Virus record (IMG/VR): IMGVR_UViG_3300042401_000753
Coordinates: 1 to 59,381 of that record
Strand: one strand, 5' to 3'
Source of the DNA: a virus
Taxonomy: Duplodnaviria; Caudoviricetes
Length of the DNA: 59,381 nucleotides
In this document: piece by piece, positions 10,073 through 18,097 of the stretch
How the letters are laid out: every line of letters begins with the position of its first letter
Numbering within the stretch: the stretch's first letter is position 1
Translations under genes and position numbers: made by a program
Notes under the pieces: generated by a model
Told to the model about the DNA's origin: nothing
The model's database searches: none
What the model saw: the letters and a program-made list of their open reading frames with translations, nothing else

Positions 10073-10625
10073 AGTTCAGTTAAATGAGATTAAGCGATAG
10101 CAGGCTGGTTCGTAAGAGGGACTTCCTAGCAGTTTAATCTCATTTAACTGAACTTTTTGCTGGCCTTTACCCTCTTAAGGTTAATATTCTGATGATGGCG
10201 CGGGCCGATAAGGTTCAATGTGTTTTACAAATCAGAGTAAGTGGGTTGTTATCAAACGGTGAATCACAACTTTCGGTCCAGTGATTCTAAATAAACGCTG
10301 GCAAGCGATGCTTGACCAGGGCTACGAGTAATAGCAACATCAGTTGCAGCGATCTTAAATTTGAGTTTAACCGTATCGCCTTTATTACTTCCGCATATAA
10401 GTTGTTCCATTTCCTTTGGCTAGTTACAACGCGGCAACCTCGGCTCTCTATCACGGCTCATCAAACGAGCGATAAGAACTAGGCAGGACGGCTCCCTAAC
10501 TTATAGGGGGACCGTCCTGCCCTGACCCTGCTACCCCGGTCTATCAATCGAGCTTTCCAGAGCAACCAGAAAAGCAATACATTGTATAATGACAGGGGGT
10601 GAGCGAAGCGAGGGGCGCAGCCCCT
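10073..10625. ncRNA. candidate structured non-coding RNA or structured cis-element (multiple stem-loops)
   Basis: No ORF of 60 aa or more; 21-bp perfect inverted repeat 10073..10093/10134..10154; stems at 10261-10287, 10298-10319, 10327-10389, 10482-10521, 10611-10625. Confidence 0.4.
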
Positions 10626-10645
10626 ATCAGTAAGGAAGAAGTTAA

Positions 10646-11368
10646 CTAATTATTAGACTCCTTAGCAAACTCCATTCTTTTCTTAAATACAACCTCTACT
10701 TCATTGATGTTACGTTGTAGTTGTTCTGAAGTCATTGAGATAGGTTCTTTAGCCTTTTTTATAATGTCTTCAAGTTGATTGATTATATCAAGGCTATGCT
10801 CAGTTAAGATGTCAGCAGCCCCGGTGAATACTGCAATCTCAGTTAACTGAGTTGCTGTAAACCTTAAGCTAGTTCCATCCTCACTTTCTTGAGTCTTCTC
10901 AATGATAACAGCTTGCTTGGTTTCAAACCAGCCACAATGATATAACATCTCTGCACAATTAAGGACTTCATCTTCAATAGCAAGCATTGTATACATCATT
11001 GTATCTTTATTGAATCCATCAATGTTATTCCTGCCAATTGACTTAACAACAAAGCTCGGAGCAATTCTTATAAAGAATGCCTGAGCTTTAATTGTTTTAG
11101 CCAATTGGTTTTCAGAAAGATATATTGTAAAGCTTTTGAATAGATCAATACCTAACGACGTATCACAGCAGAAGTAATTCTTACCTTCTTCTTCCGCCTT
11201 CCTGAATACTTTGTAAGCGTAGGTATTCTCAAACTTTAGCTGGTCTCCATAACCAACATTGTTAAAGTCATTACCTTCATGATGAGCTAGACATACGTCT
11301 GTATTCATCAATTCTGACAGGGCGAGTGATCCACAACGGGGCAGAGCGATTAGGAATGTAGCTTTCAT
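10646..11368 (-). CDS. sulfotransferase-like P-loop protein
   Basis: N-terminal FLIALPRCGS resembles the 5'-PAPS-binding PRSG(T/S) loop and is followed by HHEG. Confidence 0.55.
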   Translation of the reverse strand: MKATFLIALPRCGSLALSELMNTDVCLAHHEGNDFNNVGYGDQLKFENTYAYKVFRKAEEEGKNYFCCDTSLGIDLFKSFTIYLSENQLAKTIKAQAFFIRIAPSFVVKSIGRNNIDGFNKDTMMYTMLAIEDEVLNCAEMLYHCGWFETKQAVIIEKTQESEDGTSLRFTATQLTEIAVFTGAADILTEHSLDIINQLEDIIKKAKEPISMTSEQLQRNINEVEVVFKKRMEFAKESNN

Positions 11369-11371
11369 ATA

Positions 11372-11635
11372 TTAGAGGTCGTCAATTGCTTTGAGTGCTT
11401 TAGTAAGCTTTGCTTGTTTACGTTTTAGTTCTTTAAGAGTGATGTTAAGTTCTTTAATTTGTTTGATAGTATCATTAATGCTAATGTTAATAACATTAAG
11501 CTTATCGGTTGGAGTAAGCTGCACGCTTCCTTTCTTGGGGAACTTCTTGATAGCCTCATTTCCTTCCTGACTTGTAAGGATTTCCATTTCCATTACTTGT
11601 TCAGGGATCATCAATTCGTTTGTTGGTGTATTCAT
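11372..11635 (-). CDS. hypothetical coiled-coil protein
   Basis: 87-aa ORF with a heptad-like C-terminus. Confidence 0.65.
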   Translation of the reverse strand: MNTPTNELMIPEQVMEMEILTSQEGNEAIKKFPKKGSVQLTPTDKLNVINISINDTIKQIKELNITLKELKRKQAKLTKALKAIDDL

Positions 11636-11650
11636 TGTGTTGGTTAGTTG

Positions 11651-11706
11651 TGAGCGCCGGAGTTTCTTCAGTCAAACCAGGATTGATTATAACTCTCCGG
11701 CGCTCA
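11651..11706. terminator. intergenic stem-loop (12-bp stem)
   Basis: TGAGCGCCGGAG ... CTCCGGCGCTCA inverted repeat just after the stop at 11714. Confidence 0.55.
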
Positions 11707-11713
11707 AATTGTT

Positions 11714-11917
11714 TTATGCGACACCGTAATGTGCTATTTGTTTCTTGGTGGCTAAATCTTTGATAAGCTTGATAGGCATATAGAACTTACTGCCTGCTTT
11801 TGTTATTACTACATAGCAAACAATGCTTTGAGTTTCTATGTCTCGCTTACGAGCCTTGACAAGACATACCCCGCATGGTATTGTTTGCACGTAGTCACCT
11901 ACTTTGTAAGTTATCAT
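11714..11917 (-). CDS. hypothetical protein
   Basis: Likely start MITYKVG at 11917, sharing a CATG with the divergent gene. Confidence 0.55.
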   Translation of the reverse strand: MITYKVGDYVQTIPCGVCLVKARKRDIETQSIVCYVVITKAGSKFYMPIKLIKDLATKKQIAHYGVA

Positions 11918-12491
11918 GAAAGTTGTAATTAAAAAGCCAGAGGCATTGGTTAAAAAAGATAAAGAGAAGGACAATATTGATTCTTTATGGCCGGAGATAT
12001 GTTCATTTGTGATTGAGAATCATAAATGCACAGACACTGAGCTATATAGATTGTTTGGTGAGAGATCAAATTACAATAGCCTTACTAAGTTTAAAGATGC
12101 ATTGCATAACAGGAAGTTATATCTTATTAGGTCATCAGTAAACAAAGGCAGGAAAGTAAATAGAGCAGACAGTGTTCAGTTAACTGAGGAATACGTCCAG
12201 ACATTTGAGAAAGAACGTCGCAGGAAGGGTATGGTTCATTTAGGTAGGATGGATAGTGTTGTTAATGGAGTCCAGACAATGCTGGAGAAGGAGAGCAAGA
12301 AGTTATCTAACATGGAAGATGCCGGGCCTTTGCTTAGTTATCATGTAGATAACGCGGCTAAGGTTCATAAGTTAGCAAAGGATGTATACAAGATTGATGC
12401 AGAAAGCGATGCTAATGCATCTAAGCAGAACATTGCTATCCTTATGCAGTTTGATCCCGGTGCTAACCAACAACAAGTTATTGAAATATAG
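11916..12491 (+). CDS. lone plus-strand gene; possible terminase small subunit or DNA-binding protein
   Basis: 191-aa ORF opposite to its neighbours; helical, with a low-complexity C-terminal tail; no small terminase gene is seen next to the large subunit. Confidence 0.6.
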   Translation: MKVVIKKPEALVKKDKEKDNIDSLWPEICSFVIENHKCTDTELYRLFGERSNYNSLTKFKDALHNRKLYLIRSSVNKGRKVNRADSVQLTEEYVQTFEKERRRKGMVHLGRMDSVVNGVQTMLEKESKKLSNMEDAGPLLSYHVDNAAKVHKLAKDVYKIDAESDANASKQNIAILMQFDPGANQQQVIEI

Positions 12492-12720
12492 TATAGCCGT
12501 GTTCTCTAGCTAACCTCATTAACAAGTTTACTTGCTTTGATGTTGTTGGTGAATACTTCTCAGTATTAACTTTGATTTGTTTTACTTCTGGGTCAATACT
12601 GGCAATAAGAGTGTTGTAAGAATACAAGGTCCGGCCAAAGAAGGATAGAGACTTTGTTGAGTTGTTATTACGCAGTGTTTCTTGACTAAGGAATGTGTTA
12701 AGCAGTTGTTTGTTTGTCAT
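12478..12720 (-). CDS. small early phage protein (LYSYNTLIA...YSPTTSKQ type)
   Basis: Motif common in small phage early proteins. Confidence 0.75.
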   Translation of the reverse strand: MTNKQLLNTFLSQETLRNNNSTKSLSFFGRTLYSYNTLIASIDPEVKQIKVNTEKYSPTTSKQVNLLMRLAREHGYTIFQ

Positions 12721-12724
12721 ATAA

Positions 12725-12898
12725 TTAATCTTCTAGGTATTTAAATTCAGGGTTAGTATCAAGATCCCTAAGTTGTTCATGAGCGCAATCAAGACGCATT
12801 TGTTGCTCGTAGATTATATTGTCGGCTTTTAAAAGCTCAATCTCTAATTCTTTTATTCTAGCTAAAAGAACTTCTTTCTTTGTATTAGATATATCCAT
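12725..12898 (-). CDS. hypothetical protein, 57 aa (not in ORF track)
   Basis: MDISNTRKEVLLARIKELEIELL... fills the gap between co-oriented genes. Confidence 0.55.
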   Translation of the reverse strand: MDISNTKKEVLLARIKELEIELLKADNIIYEQQMRLDCAHEQLRDLDTNPEFKYLED

Positions 12899-12899
12899 A

Positions 12900-13121
12900 T
12901 TATTTAGTTATGAGTATACGATCACTGATCCAATACTCGTTGTTGGTTTGTTTTATAACATCTCTGGTTTCTTCATCGTAGTCCATTGATGTTGTTTCAG
13001 TAACATAGTCTCCCATGTTGAGCTTTGAGGCCGTGACCGAAATGGTTGCGGCCTTTATTGCTGATGATTTCATTCTGTATATCTTCTTATCAAACTCCCA
13101 TTGCTTATTAGGAACTCTCAT
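12900..13121 (-). CDS. hypothetical protein
   Basis: Likely start MRVPNK at 13121 (ATGA overlap with the upstream stop). Confidence 0.6.
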   Translation of the reverse strand: MRVPNKQWEFDKKIYRMKSSAIKAATISVTASKLNMGDYVTETTSMDYDEETRDVIKQTNNEYWISDRILITK

Positions 13122-13366
13122 GTAATGATGTAGTTGATATACATAAGCATAAAGATAGCAATCACATAAGAGATAAGCCATACTAAGACTAGGTTACAGT
13201 TGCAATTCTTACACTTGTTACCAATCTCAGTTAACTGAAAGTCACCGGGATAATACTTATCAAAGGAGTTCTTAAGCTTTCTGATAGCTGTCTCAGAATC
13301 GGCGGCCTTGATGACCCCCTTGACAGTTACATCCCCTTCCTGATACCTATATTGATATGTTTTCAT
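13118..13366 (-). CDS. hypothetical membrane protein
   Basis: 82 aa with a C-terminal hydrophobic segment. Confidence 0.65.
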   Translation of the reverse strand: MKTYQYRYQEGDVTVKGVIKAADSETAIRKLKNSFDKYYPGDFQLTEIGNKCKNCNCNLVLVWLISYVIAIFMLMYINYIIT

Positions 13367-13737
13367 GGATTAATTGTTCTATCATCACAAAGCATTGCAG
13401 GAAGCTTAATAGCATCCTTAACAAACTGTATATGATCGTTAAGCGTCATCATACCAATCCTTTGAGATACAACATGTAAAGGATCATAACTATTCTGATG
13501 CATATACGTAACGTGCAACCTTCTGAGCATATTATGAATCATCATACTAAACTGCGCCCTTGTGTAAGGTGCCATTAATTCAGCATCATCCCATAATACC
13601 ATCCTTGCAATGCTAGTGCAGCAAGGTCGTTGTTCTTCTAATATCTTAAGATAAGCTTCAAGGATTACCCTAGTGCTTTTGATTTTATAACCACTAACTG
13701 TAAGTCTGTTCATGCATTGTGTATTGTGTAAGAACAT
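13363..13737 (-). CDS. hypothetical protein
   Basis: Co-oriented early-region ORF with ATGA overlap. Confidence 0.6.
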   Translation of the reverse strand: MFLHNTQCMNRLTVSGYKIKSTRVILEAYLKILEEQRPCCTSIARMVLWDDAELMAPYTRAQFSMMIHNMLRRLHVTYMHQNSYDPLHVVSQRIGMMTLNDHIQFVKDAIKLPAMLCDDRTINP

Positions 13738-13766
13738 AGCTTATTCTATGCTCTAGTCAATACAAG

Positions 13767-13804
13767 AAGAGGTTCTCAGTTAATTGAATAACTGAGAACC
13801 TCTT
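13767..13804. terminator. 16-bp perfect hairpin built from palindrome half-sites
   Basis: AAGAGGTTCTCAGTTA-ATTGAA-TAACTGAGAACCTCTT, intergenic. Confidence 0.7.
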
Positions 13805-13824
13805 TTTAGCGTGACCGAAATGAG

Positions 13825-14409
13825 TTAGATTTTAATGTCTTCCTCTCCAATAATATCACCAAACAACTGTTTCTGAAGCAGCTTGATTTCAGCATCTTTA
13901 CCATCAATCATAGCAATTTGATTTTCAATACGCCCTCTAAGATCACTGATAACATTAAATTGATTTGCTTCAAACTCACACATAGCAGCAATCCTTTTAT
14001 CAAGCCCAATGATAGTCTCATTAAGCTTGTGAATCTCGTCGTAAGCTTTCTGACTGTTATTACTTGCCTGCCTTGCTTCCTTGATACGTTGAGCCTTGTT
14101 AATGGAATCTTCTACAGCTTCCTCAATAATATTGCGTGCATACCTAGAAACTCCCGGCAATATATAGGAATAAACATCCCTAAGCTTTTTCTGTTGTTCG
14201 TAAGTAAGGCAACCTTCCTCATCAAGGTCTACACTATTTTGAAACATCTGATGGAATACACTACGTGCCTCCTTATCTTTATTGATAAGGTCTTGATGGT
14301 TACCAAGCTCGTAAGTAACCTCACAACCTGCACTAGCTACAGATTTCACGGCTTCAAACATCGTATTAATAGCGGAATATGTCATGTTATTTGTGTTGGT
14401 AAGAATCAT
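13825..14409 (-). CDS. hypothetical coiled-coil protein
   Basis: 194-aa ORF in the early cluster. Confidence 0.75.
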   Translation of the reverse strand: MILTNTNNMTYSAINTMFEAVKSVASAGCEVTYELGNHQDLINKDKEARSVFHQMFQNSVDLDEEGCLTYEQQKKLRDVYSYILPGVSRYARNIIEEAVEDSINKAQRIKEARQASNNSQKAYDEIHKLNETIIGLDKRIAAMCEFEANQFNVISDLRGRIENQIAMIDGKDAEIKLLQKQLFGDIIGEEDIKI

Positions 14410-14439
14410 GCACTATGCATAACTCTATACAATACAATA

Positions 14440-14470
14440 CCCCGCTCAGTTCTCAGTTAACTGAGCGGGG
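14440..14470. terminator. 12-bp hairpin containing one and a half palindrome sites
   Basis: CCCCGCTCAGTT-CTCAGTT-AACTGAGCGGGG, intergenic. Confidence 0.65.
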
Positions 14471-14504
14471 CAGTAAGCTTTGCTATGGCAGCGTGACCGA
14501 AATG

Positions 14505-14861
14505 TCAGCAACCAAATGCCTCTACAATAATACCATCATCAAACTCTATAAGAGTTCCTTTTTCCATAATATCATTCCTGATATCTTCATCCTTATCGTC
14601 ATCGTCAGTATCTTCCTCCCACTCAAATTCACTAGCGAGATTATTGTTACGATAGTATTCCTCTGCCCATTGCATAAGGCTAGAATATTCCATATACTGA
14701 CCATTTATTTCTGCCATATTTAATACAATTGGATCACCATCATCCGCTTCCTTGCATTCCAAGTATTCTACTAGCGCTTTTGCTGCATTGTAAGACCAGT
14801 CAGAATTCTTGTCTTGCATTATTATATCACGAGCCTGAGAAGAAGTAAGTTCAGTTATCAT
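14505..14861 (-). CDS. highly acidic early protein (possible DNA mimic / anti-restriction)
   Basis: Likely start MITELTS at 14861 after an A/C-rich leader; very D/E rich (EFEWEEDTDDDDKDED). Confidence 0.7.
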   Translation of the reverse strand: MITELTSSQARDIIMQDKNSDWSYNAAKALVEYLECKEADDGDPIVLNMAEINGQYMEYSSLMQWAEEYYRNNNLASEFEWEEDTDDDDKDEDIRNDIMEKGTLIEFDDGIIVEAFGC

Positions 14862-14895
14862 ATGTTTGTTTTGTTTGTTTTGTGCGTGACCGAAA

Positions 14896-15435
14896 TTAGG
14901 TATGCATTTGCCAGCCAATGCCTTTATAAAGAGTGACAGCATAAACTTCCGCGAACCCGTGGAATAAGATACCACCATTACCACCATAAATATATCTATA
15001 CTTCCTGCTATACTCACTAGATGTGCCGGGCAGCATAACATCATTATCATCGTGATGATCTTGGTTAGCTTTAAGATAGTAATTCATAACGCTAAAGCCA
15101 AGGAATGTGCCGTCGTCATGAACGACTAACTTGTGAGTATGCACCTGTTCACTACCCTCTTGTCCATTGCTATACACAAAAGGCATAGTTTGGAAGCTTG
15201 GATTGCATCCTGTATAAAATGCATAGAACAAGCTAGTTGCCATACGCTCTGCCAATTCCGGGCTATGGGTATAGATACCCATCAAGAATCCAATGCATGA
15301 CTGCATTCTAGCAAGACCTGTAGAACCATTGTGATTAAATATTGTATTAGGAAAATCGTGAGTCAAGCTGTTAAGACTAGCGTATGACAAAAGCTTTTTA
15401 ATTTTGTCCATTTTATAAGTCTTGATAGTATCCAT
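14896..15435 (-). CDS. hypothetical protein
   Basis: 179-aa ORF ending NGGILFHG...GWQMHT. Confidence 0.75.
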   Translation of the reverse strand: MDTIKTYKMDKIKKLLSYASLNSLTHDFPNTIFNHNGSTGLARMQSCIGFLMGIYTHSPELAERMATSLFYAFYTGCNPSFQTMPFVYSNGQEGSEQVHTHKLVVHDDGTFLGFSVMNYYLKANQDHHDDNDVMLPGTSSEYSRKYRYIYGGNGGILFHGFAEVYAVTLYKGIGWQMHT

Positions 15436-15569
15436 TGTATTGTATTATATTTTATTGTTGATTAGGACACACAAGCCAACATAGCAGTGTGCCCTATACA
15501 ACACAAGCTTGCTAAGCTTGCTTGTAGCGTGACCGAAATTAGTTAACTAAAAACTGCATTCATACATAG

Positions 15570-15749
15570 TTATACATTGTTGTAGATAATAACAACGGGA
15601 GAAAGCCCGCCACTAAGTTCGTATTTCTCAATAGAGATAACATCTGTGTTGCAGCTATCATCTACATGAAGATGGACTTTAGTATTTAATCCATCTTTAC
15701 ATTCTTTAGAAAGCTTTTCAAGCTTTTCAATCATTTGTTTGATAGTCAT
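15570..15749 (-). CDS. hypothetical protein, 59 aa (not in ORF track)
   Basis: MTIKQMIEKLEKLSKECKDG..., a typical small phage protein N-terminus. Confidence 0.6.
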   Translation of the reverse strand: MTIKQMIEKLEKLSKECKDGLNTKVHLHVDDSCNTDVISIEKYELSGGLSPVVIIYNNV

Positions 15750-15806
15750 TTTTATTTTTAGTTAAAGTTTATTATAGGTTGTGATTGAAATATCAGTTAA
15801 CTGAGA

Positions 15807-16067
15807 TTATATATGTGCGGTAGCCTTGGAGACTACATGAACACCGGAACCGCGCCCGGTGTATTTGCCGTAGGGATTAAGCCTACGCATATCTGCAAAG
15901 GCATCTTTTGTGACAATACAAATTTCGTCGCCCGTTTTATGACCATACATCTGATAGCCTTTCATGATATCAGGCTGGGCAACGCCAGAATGGGCGCAAG
16001 CCTTACACACAGTAAGGCCAAATTCTAGGCGTTCTGGCTCGACAGGATTATCACAGATACAATTCAT
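15807..16067 (-). CDS. DksA/TraR-like C4 zinc-finger protein
   Basis: CICDNPVEPERLEFGLTVCKACA resembles the C..C...(I/V)..ERL....T.C..C pattern. Confidence 0.6.
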   Translation of the reverse strand: MNCICDNPVEPERLEFGLTVCKACAHSGVAQPDIMKGYQMYGHKTGDEICIVTKDAFADMRRLNPYGKYTGRGSGVHVVSKATAHI

Positions 16068-16103
16068 AGTAATAGTAAGCTTTGTTATGAGGCGTGACCG
16101 AAA

Positions 16104-16331
16104 TCACAGAGGTTTATTAATGCAAAGAAGCCTATCAATAGAAATACTATCAACGTATTCTTTAGCTTCCTTGAAAGACATTATACTACCAACTTCTGCT
16201 CTATGTTTAAATACAGCCTCAGTTGTCAGGCCAGCATCAATAAGCTCGATAACTGTGTGTGAATCAGTAACAAGCTTACGCATATGCGATTCAGCTTGTT
16301 TGATGAGTTTGTATGATTCAATAATATTCAT
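16104..16331 (-). CDS. hypothetical protein
   Basis: 75-aa early ORF; its stop codon abuts the polarised 12-mer. Confidence 0.7.
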   Translation of the reverse strand: MNIIESYKLIKQAESHMRKLVTDSHTVIELIDAGLTTEAVFKHRAEVGSIMSFKEAKEYVDSISIDRLLCINKPL

Positions 16332-16472
16332 AGGTATTTAAGTAAGAAACATCCTCCAATTGCCAGTAAGGCGAGACGAGAACACATTTCTATGTTCTCA
16401 AACAATACTATTGTAGCCATGTGTGTTGGTAAGCGTTGGTGTAGAGCGTGACCGAAATGGCCACGCAAAAAG

Positions 16473-16679
16473 TTAGTTATTAGGAATCAATGGCCATTCT
16501 CCACTGCCATCGACAGGTGAGCCATTACTCCAGTTGATTTTGTCAGGCTCCACGGCAAGCTTCCACGTATCGCCGTTGGTATCTGTGAAGATTCCTTCAC
16601 TCCATTTCCCTTGTGTAGGGTTTTCTCCTGTGAGGAAATCGCCAGGGAAGTAAGACATGGACTTGATAGGTGTATTCAT
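16473..16679 (-). CDS. hypothetical protein
   Basis: Likely start MNTPIKS at 16679. Confidence 0.6.
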   Translation of the reverse strand: MNTPIKSMSYFPGDFLTGENPTQGKWSEGIFTDTNGDTWKLAVEPDKINWSNGSPVDGSGEWPLIPNN

Positions 16680-17318
16680 ATATGTGTGTTGGTAAGAAGA
16701 CATAACTATTATGTCCTCTATACAACACACAAGCATTCTCTAAACTTTTCAGTTAACTGAGAATGCTTGTATGTCTCGTATAAATTTCGCGCGTCCTTCT
16801 TACTCAGTAAGCATAAGCCTACTGTCCAATATCGTAAGCATACTTGTAAAGGTATGATAGGAGGATACATAGCAGGTTGCGTTCCCTCGCCCTATGTAGA
16901 TTACACAATATCCCTAATTCCTTACTGGTCAGGCTATACCTGTTACCATATTATGTGTAATTAATAAATATAATAAGAAAAAACTTGTGGGGACATTCAT
17001 ATCCCTAAGTGATATATATACAACAAAGCCTTACAAAATAGATACACCATCATAACCAGTAAGCTATACAATAGCCATATAAACGCACATGCGTTATTCA
17101 GTAAGATCAGGTGTGAACGTGACCGAAATGATAGTATAAAAAAGCTAGCCTATATTCTCAGTAAACTGAAAATATAGATATTATAGATGTTTAAGTATAT
17201 AACAATACGCTATATCTTAAATCGTCACATATGAATTATATTCACGCTATAACTTAATTTAAATCCTATGTAATTATGTTGTCTTATTCTCTTATCCATC
17301 ACTATCGTCTCAATTCCG

Positions 17319-17346
17319 CCCTTGTCCTAATTGAATAGGACAAGGG
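17319..17346 (-). terminator. terminator-like hairpin
   Basis: CCCTTGTCCTA-ATTGAA-TAGGACAAGGG right after the stop at 17354; same ATTGAA loop as the hairpin at 13767. Confidence 0.7.
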
Positions 17347-17353
17347 GGACGTT

Positions 17354-18097
17354 TCAAGCGGCTGCTTTTTCTTCTGCTTTTAATGCAATATCAAATGCAG
17401 CTTTGTCCACCGTCTTTCCCTTGAATGATCCAAGGGTGACAAGGGCAAGAGCGTTATTTTCATGCTCTTTTTCAAGATACAAGGCTTTGATTGCTTCCGC
17501 CACAAGGGAGGCTTTTTCCATTTGTGCGCTAGTCATCGGTTTATCAGGAACCACGGGCTTTTCACTTGTGACCGTAGGGGAAAGGGCAATGCGGAGAATT
17601 TCCGCATCACGCTCTTTCAACCACAAGGCGCATGAGTCTTTAGTATAGACCATCTTTCCAGCATCGTTCGCTGTAGCGTATTCAGCGGGAATTTTGCTAT
17701 TATGCTTGGCAAGTTTGATAAACTCCTCACCTGTCAAGTTTGACGTTTCACTGACTGCATTTTCAGCTAGACAGTGCCAGAATGCCTTGTTCTTCTCATC
17801 CCTTTCATGCTCTTTCGCCGCATGAAAGAGGGTGCCCGGCTTAATGTCACACGTCTCCACCATACGGTGACCAGTATTTTTAGTAAGAGACAAGCGGACG
17901 CGGAGTTTAGCGCTGTCAGTCTTTGCATCCGGTGAATGCATCTTTACAAGCTTGTCAGCACTGTTGAACCGCTTCCTGAATGAGTCTAGGCTTTCACCTT
18001 TCATCATACGGGAAGCGCTCGCTTTTTTGAATCCACCGTCAGTCAGCTCCAAGGCCAGATTAATTTCCTTAATTTGTTCAATGGTGTATTTTTTCAT
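17354..18097 (-). CDS. hypothetical protein, first gene of the leftward (early) arm
   Basis: 247-aa K/A-rich ORF with its own terminator, next to the large non-coding region. Confidence 0.8.
   Translation of the reverse strand: MKKYTIEQIKEINLALELTDGGFKKASASRMMKGESLDSFRKRFNSADKLVKMHSPDAKTDSAKLRVRLSLTKNTGHRMVETCDIKPGTLFHAAKEHERDEKNKAFWHCLAENAVSETSNLTGEEFIKLAKHNSKIPAEYATANDAGKMVYTKDSCALWLKERDAEILRIALSPTVTSEKPVVPDKPMTSAQMEKASLVAEAIKALYLEKEHENNALALVTLGSFKGKTVDKAAFDIALKAEEKAAA

Larger units (their letters stand above)
13032..17129 (-). repeat. Strand-polarised 12-mer ATTTCGGTCACG (CGTGACCGAAAT on +): 8 copies here plus one at 4330
   Basis: Plus-strand starts 4330, 13032, 13810, 14492, 14885, 15528, 16093, 16447, 17118; all in the same orientation; most lie just after stop codons. 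Confidence 0.92.
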
